From contig UYFQ01000587.1 of NCBI GenBank assembly GCA_900617105.1, positions 62,001-118,229 on the forward strand: a stretch of DNA of 56,229 bases, in the 5' to 3' direction. The notes below the pieces were generated by a model. The model did not search any database. It was not told the origin of the DNA and worked only from the letters and a program-made list of their open reading frames with translations. The position numbers and the translations under genes were made by a program. Source of the DNA: Hydrurus foetidus (lineage: Eukaryota). Shown here piece by piece: positions 49,976 to 56,229 of this stretch; positions within the stretch are counted from its first letter, which is position 1; each line of letters begins with the position of its first letter.

Positions 49976-50283
49976 GTCAAGTATTTTCTAAGTGGAGTAA
50001 ATAATCGTCGAAAAATTGAATAACATCCAGCCAAAACAAGATTTAATCTACGACTGTGATCATGCAAGATAGGCAGTCCCTATAGGGGGGTCCCCCCCCC
50101 CCCAAGGAGACATCTCTACATGGTCACTAGCGGCCTCCCCCCCCTCTCGGCAAAATCTGACAAAACTTCTCCGAAAACGCAAAACTTTCTCCACTTCACC
50201 ACATTATAGCATATAGCAGCTCAGGAACAAGGCTGCAGGTGTTATCTCCTATCTTCTACAGTCTTCAGTGCTCTTTCGCAAGC

Positions 50284-50597
50284 ATGTCCGCATTTTTGTT
50301 CGCAGTTGTTGATCCAGATTTGAATCTACCGCCGACATCTATAACCTACTACCGAGAGAAAATATCACTGCCGCCTAAATCAGATCTGACTCAAGTATTC
50401 ATTATTCTGTCCTCGACTACGTTCAGTCATATTCCACAAATGCTGCCTCGTGGTTTGGAACTTGTCATGTTCAATGGGAAACTGAGGGACAGTGAACAGA
50501 TGATTTCGATCTCGAATTCAGAACTGACGGAGCTGTGGACTTCTGTGCTGGAGGATTTTTCAAAGATATTCCATGTTACATTCAGATTACATCCTAG
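50284..50597 (+). pseudogene. ORF N-terminus truncated by insertion of element 2 (ubiquitin-like/Crinkler-header-like)
   Basis: Open frame MSAFLFAVVDP...LELVMF...IFHVTFRLHP runs into the LTR TG at 50598. The family assignment rests on resemblance only. Confidence 0.4.
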
Positions 50598-50792
50598 TGT
50601 GGTAGTTCCGGGTCCAAGGTCCCGATCCTACCGGATAGTACTACGGTACACTACCCACCGTACACTACAGTCTGTTGTATCGTCGTAGCCACTTACAGCC
50701 TCCACGTAGAAGTTAACCCTAGCTTCTAGCTACTTGCTGTAACTAACTACTACCTCCAGTCTTCCATCTCTTCCTTTCCCATCCGAGCCATA
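50598..50792 (+). repeat. 5' LTR of element 2
   Basis: Boundaries inferred by alignment to the element 1 LTR; it ends GCCATA before ATAGCGCTATTC. The partner LTR is not in the window. Confidence 0.75.
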
Positions 50793-51360
50793 ATAGCGCT
50801 ATTCCCGCTTATCCCCCTTCACTCCTTCTTCTAACTATCTACTTGGCCAAACCTTTAGATAGACTTCAAACGGAGTAGATTTACTTCACGACTTCCGAGG
50901 AGTCGTTTTCTCGCTGAGCCCGAAGCTCCGAGAACTTAGCTTAAGTTTACGGGAGTTTGGCATAGCCGCTTCCTTCTTGAAACCCTCCGAAAGGTGTTTT
51001 CAAAAGTTCGTTTCTGGTCGAAGTCGCGAGAGGCTTCCCAACTCGAAATTAAGGAGTTCTCCACTGGCAATTTGGACACCGGTTCCATTGCTAGAGACAT
51101 CAGATTAGTCTAAGGACGTCTTTTGGTCGACAGGACGTTCTTCCTTCATCCTGAACAGGACCCAATATTTTCCATCACCCAAAATTCGGCTTTCACGTCA
51201 TAGAATTTTTCTCGAGAAGAGTGGGTTGGAATTCCTTTATTCGCTGTTACTTGCGCAAAGTACCCGATAAGCGAACGATGCGAAGCTTTTTTGACGAGCA
51301 ACGCTCGTCTTCGCTTCGATACAACTCGATTTATATCGATTGCTCATCCTTCGATAGGAG

Positions 51361-52895
51361 ATGGTAGAAAACGATCTACATCCTGAGCGTGAGCCAGAAC
51401 CTGACAACGAGCAGGAGATTGATGAGGAAGGAAACATCCTAAACATCTCACAGAGCTCACAATCGTCAATGGGGTTTCCCCAGAAGCTTCAGATCCAGCG
51501 TGAGATATTCATCCTAAGGGGGGATTATATTACTCCGCAGGATGCTGAAGAATTCTATGAGCAAGCACAACGCTTGCCTCACTTGCATATCAAACAATGC
51601 ATGCAACGTCAAGCAATCGATTTGCTTCATGTTAAAATCTTAACTGACCAGTCGACACTGGCAGTTATTACCAACAAGCAAAGGCTTAATTGGCAAAACC
51701 TCCTTCTGATAGAGAGTGTTGGCAAGTTGGTAATGCAATACTTTTGCAAGAACAAACAAGGGGATCATACCTTAGCAGAACTGTTTGCTAAGGTCCCATT
51801 TCACGATTCTCTTTCCTCTGATGAGGAAGAGTTAGTAACGTACATGGCGTACAAAGAGATCGCCACGGATCACGAACGTGTCCGTCATATCACCGCATCT
51901 CAGCATGCCGAGTTGATCACGATTCTTGAGAAACGACTCCCTCGAGGGAGTCGAATCCTGGGTGATTACGTCGCTCACAAAGCACGTGACAATGAGTCTA
52001 CCAAGACGTGGGAAGTCGCTATGTTGCGCATTATCGCAGTCGTTACGGCGGCGCGTGAGGCAACCCTGACAGGAGTTATGGCAACCCTGACATTGTCTAC
52101 TCGTTTCCGAGTACAGCAGTACCTCCTCCCCGCTCGACGAAAAAGCGGGCGAGTACACTCGCTACCCGTGATGTCGATATCCCAAGTGGGAGTAGCAACC
52201 TGGCGGTACGTTCGACTCTAGACGAACCGCTAGTGTCCGCTGCCCGGGTTTGTCGCTCATGCGGAAACCCTGCACATATTCTATCAGAGTGTACAGTCAT
52301 GTACTATTCCGATACCAACAACGATCACGGTTGTAACTGGTCTGATTCGTTTGTAGGTAAGGCATGGCTGGCACAAGGTGAAGTTATGTGGCAGGAGAGA
52401 CTCATCTTACCTGGGTACGAAACCAGGGAGAGATACCACCCTGCGGGGGCACCCACTTACTTGATGTGCAACAACAAGAAGCACAAGGGTAACCAGGGCG
52501 GAGGTAAAGGGTCCAACCCAAACCAGGGGAACCAAAACCAAAGTTCCGGAAACCGTGGGAATCAAAACCAAGGTAACCAGAACCAAGGTTACGGTAACCA
52601 AAACTACCAAAACCGCAACCAAGGGAACCCCGGCCCTGGGGGTAACCAAGGTGGTGGCAGAGGGTACCAAGGGAAGAACCCTCGAGGGGGTAGATACAAC
52701 CCGCCCCAAGGGGATAACAACGCGAGCGCCGGCTCTGCAAACCAACAAGGTACATATGATCATGATGTCGATTCCTCTGATATCACTGACATAGAGCATT
52801 CAGTATCATGCATTATTGCATCTGTCATTCCAGCAATTATTCCAGATGAATTTCTCATTACCCATCAATTCTACCTTCTGACCATCTCAACGTAA
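51361..52895 (+). pseudogene. gag: gag with CCHC zinc knuckle and N/Q/G-rich tail (frameshifted)
   Basis: ORFs 51361-52221 and 52233-52895; CRSCGNPAHILSEC (CX2CX4HX4C); NQG repeats. Confidence 0.85.
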
Positions 52896-52900
52896 CGGTT

Positions 52901-55900
52901 TTGGTACAAGATAAGGATAAGGCACAATGCGTACGACGCATTGTGGGCAAGGCCGTACTCGATACCGTCAACTACTCTGAGGATTTTGTTTCTTTCACTA
53001 TGATTGATAAGTTGAATGCTGAACATAACTGTTATACAGCTTCTAACGCCATTACTGTTTGCTCTGGTCTCGATGGCCATTGCTATATAAATAACGAAAT
53101 GATTGATTTAATTCTCAAATTTCATTCTTATGACGGCGAGTGTCATACCATTCCTTTAACGATGCGGGTTAATAGGAACACAGATATTGTAAATAAATAT
53201 GATTTTATGTCATTAACACCTTTCTCTTTTGGCATTTCTCCCGAGCTTACTGCCGAGAACAAAAGGAAGCGTGATGCTCGTTGGCTCGAGTTTGAAGAAA
53301 GGGAAGCGATAGCCAAGCTTGACCCGCTTCACTGGCACAAATATACCAGACGTATGATATCTGAGGGTTTCGTACCTGAAGAACCGGAAGTAGAGTCGAT
53401 TACCCCAACATACGATATGTTAAAGGGTATCACAAAAGCAAAACTTTCGGATCGGAAAGAACCATACGGTCTATGCCCAAAGCCAACACCTAAGAAGGCG
53501 ATTCTGCACGCACCTCTAAGCAAGGAAGTCGTAGGGTCAGATTGTCATACAACGTTCACGTGTAACGTTACCCAGGATGGTACCATGGGAGTCATGACCC
53601 AAAGTTCATGTGGTGATGTGGGTTGTGAGCGACTGGACAGTGTCTCGACTGTACTCGCGAAACGTACGGGTGATACCCCGCACCTAGATGGTGACTCGAT
53701 TCCCATCCTCACACATACCTCTGGGGACACTGTTACATCAGACTATGACGCGGAAGCCATATGGCCAAGCGGTGTCGCACTCTCCGTTGACGAGATTGAC
53801 GATGATAAGACTGATACCTTCGCACCTTTCTTGCGTGACAAGACGTGCCGGAATGTACCGCCCAATGGGCCGGATGATTTCTTGTCGAAGATTCATTTTG
53901 AAGGAGATGAAAGCCTTCAGAAGGATCTTCGTACTCTCTGTTCTGAATTCGCTGATATATTCAGTGATAAGCTAGCTCCGCAAGCTGCTGACCTCAAACC
54001 GTTTGAGATAAACCTGCCACGGCAGAAATGGAAGGTTCCATCAAACCACGCACCAATGCGACCCCAATCCTCTAAAAAGGAACATTACCTCCGCACTTCT
54101 ATCGTAGAGATGTTGGAAGATGGTGTGATCGAGAGGTCGAACGCTGCATACTACAGTCATCCTGTAATGGTAAATAAGACAGCCGATACATATCGAACCT
54201 GCATCGATTATCGCGCACTCAATGAATGCATTGAGCCGGCCTCCTTTCCACTACCAAATATCAAACACCTCTTTGAGAGGATCGGTAATCGAAAACCGGA
54301 TATTTATGGGGTGATGGATTTAACCGCGGGTTACCATCAAGCTCCCTTATATACACCCCACCGAATCTATACGGCATTTATATGTTTCATGGGGGTGTTT
54401 CAATTCACGAGATTGCCTTTTGGCCCTTGTCGTGCCCCCTCTTACTTTCAGAGCAGATGGTGACAACGGTCCTTCACGGTCTCATATACAGCTGTTGCGA
54501 GATGTATCTCGACGATTGCATTGTATATGGCCGGGGCGAAGCAGAGTTTCTTTTGAACTTGAGAAAAGTCTTTGAGAGATTTAGACTTAAGAATCTTAAA
54601 CTCAAAGCAAAGAAATGCCGATTCGGTCTTAAGCGTATCGAATACGTTGGACGAGTCATCGACAAAGATGGTTTATCCATGTCAAAAGAAAAGATTGAGA
54701 CAGTACTCAACTTTCCACTTCCGAAAGAAGTTACGGCATTACGGGGATTCCTTGGCTTGGCCAATTTTTCGTCAATTCGTTCCTTTTCACTCGGAAATGG
54801 TAAAACCACTTCACATGATGGTGGACCCAAAGGCGGTTAAACGCTCTCCAATTTTTTGGACCCTCGAAGGGACAAACGCATTCAATGAGACAAAGATCGC
54901 GGTATCTCGTTGTCCATTAATGTATTTCATCGATGAAACCTCACCCATCAGATTATATACTGATGCATCTGATTATGGAATCGGTGGTGTATTATTCCAA
55001 GTCATTAATGACGAATGGAAACCAATCGCTTTTATTAGCAAATCTCTATCTGCATCCCAGATTAATTGGTCAACAATACAAAAGGAGGCTTACGCTATCT
55101 TTTATTGCTGCCAACAGTTGGATTACCTTATCCGAGATAGAAAATTCACTATTCATACTGATCATATGAATTTGACATATATGAAACAAAACCCTACTTC
55201 GATGGTAGCACGGTGGTTCATTGCAATGCAAGAACTTGATTTCACCGTTCATTTTGATAAAGGATCGGATATCGAATTAGCCGATGCGCTGTCACGGTTA
55301 TGTCCGAACCTATCTGAAATTGCTCTACCGTTGACAATTACCAGAGATGTTTTTTCATCATCATCTTCATCTTCTTCCACAAGTATGGCGGCCACAGATG
55401 AACAAATACTTCATATTCAGATGTGCCACAATGCTATTGTTGGTCACAACGGTGTCGACCGTACTCTCACTCGACTGTACAGTCTAAACCAAGTGTGGAA
55501 AAATATGAAACAGCACGTACGTTCATACATACGTAACTGCCCCTGTTGTCAAAAACTAAGTGCGGTTGATGCGAAAATCAATGCGGCTCATTTCTCAACT
55601 TCCACTCACGCAATTTTCGATACGTTGAATATTGACTATGTGGGTCCCTTCCCCGATAAGGGGTATATTCTCGTCATAATTGACACCTTCTCCAGATGGA
55701 CAGAAATGTTCTGGTGTAAGGACGCTACTGCCGAATCTGCAGCGGAGAGTTTATTAACACATTTTGGTCGATTCGGTTCGCCAAACATGATAAGATCGGA
55801 TCGTGGATCCCATTTCGCTAATGATCTCATAAAAGAGTTCTTGGATCTTACGGGTACGCCCCATAACCTCACTCTAGCTTACTCCTCTCAAGAGAATGCA

Positions 55901-56229
55901 ATTGTTGAACGAGTCAATAAAGAGATAAATAGACATTTAAAAGGACTGGTGTTCGATACACCGTCTCTTGTCCATTATGCAAAATGCATTCCGTTCGTAC
56001 AACGAATTATTAATAGTTCAGTTAATAAACGTACGGGTGCAAGTCCAGCATCTATCCTATTCGCGGATAAACTTGATTTGAATCGAGGAATTTTAACGCC
56101 TCATTTGTTACCAATGGTATCATCTTCAAATTCAACATACATAGCTGATTTAATCGAGATACAGGACAAAGTCCTCGATGCAGCAATCGACTCACTTCAA
56201 AATGTGACAAAAAACACAAAAAGTCGACA
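52901..56229 (+). pseudogene. pol: pol: protease, RT, RNase H and integrase (frameshifted, partial)
   Basis: AVLDTV (degenerate DTG), YRTCIDYRALN, RLPFG, EMYLDDCIVY, LYTDASDYGIG, CHN...GH...CPCC, IRSDRGSHF, ENAIVERVN. Frameshifts near 54450 and 54770. Confidence 0.93.

Larger units (their letters stand above)
50598..56229 (+). mobile_element. Ty3/gypsy LTR retrotransposon related to element 1 (element 2, 3' end outside window)
   Basis: LTR homologous to that of element 1 (TGTGGT start, shared hairpin), followed by gag, protease, RT, RNase H and integrase. Confidence 0.95.

Noticed and set aside
50078..50131. Helitron 3' end (hairpin plus CTAG)
   Set aside because: CTAG is not followed by T, the spacing is atypical, and no Rep/helicase remnant is seen.
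53545..53730. Conserved antisense ORF (also 44786-44980)
   Set aside because: Explained by conservation of the sense-strand pol linker; there is no independent evidence for it.

Overview
Eukaryotic nuclear DNA with intron-rich genes (GT-AG introns that often carry microsatellites). It most likely comes from a photosynthetic ochrophyte, plausibly a chrysophyte; this is inferred from an Lhcr-type antenna protein and signal-peptide-led plastid proteins. From 1 to 40.7 kb it is a dense gene array: a large multi-exon HECT E3 ligase-like gene (5' end outside the window), a plastid-targeted triple-RRM/RGG protein, SDA1, APC10, a long mitochondrial PPR-like gene, an Lhcr light-harvesting protein, a DUF1622 membrane protein and a plastid-type ATP/ADP (NTT) transporter. 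From 40.8 to 56.2 kb it is a transposon nest. It holds a complete but internally deleted chromodomain Ty3/gypsy element (208-bp LTRs, 1 mismatch, TCTG target-site duplication), decayed Myb-like ORFs, and a second related gypsy element that runs off the window. The most striking signal is that both retroelements carry the same perfect 12-bp palindrome, AATAGCGCTATT, where a tRNA primer-binding site should be. Gene models were spliced by eye and no database searches were run.
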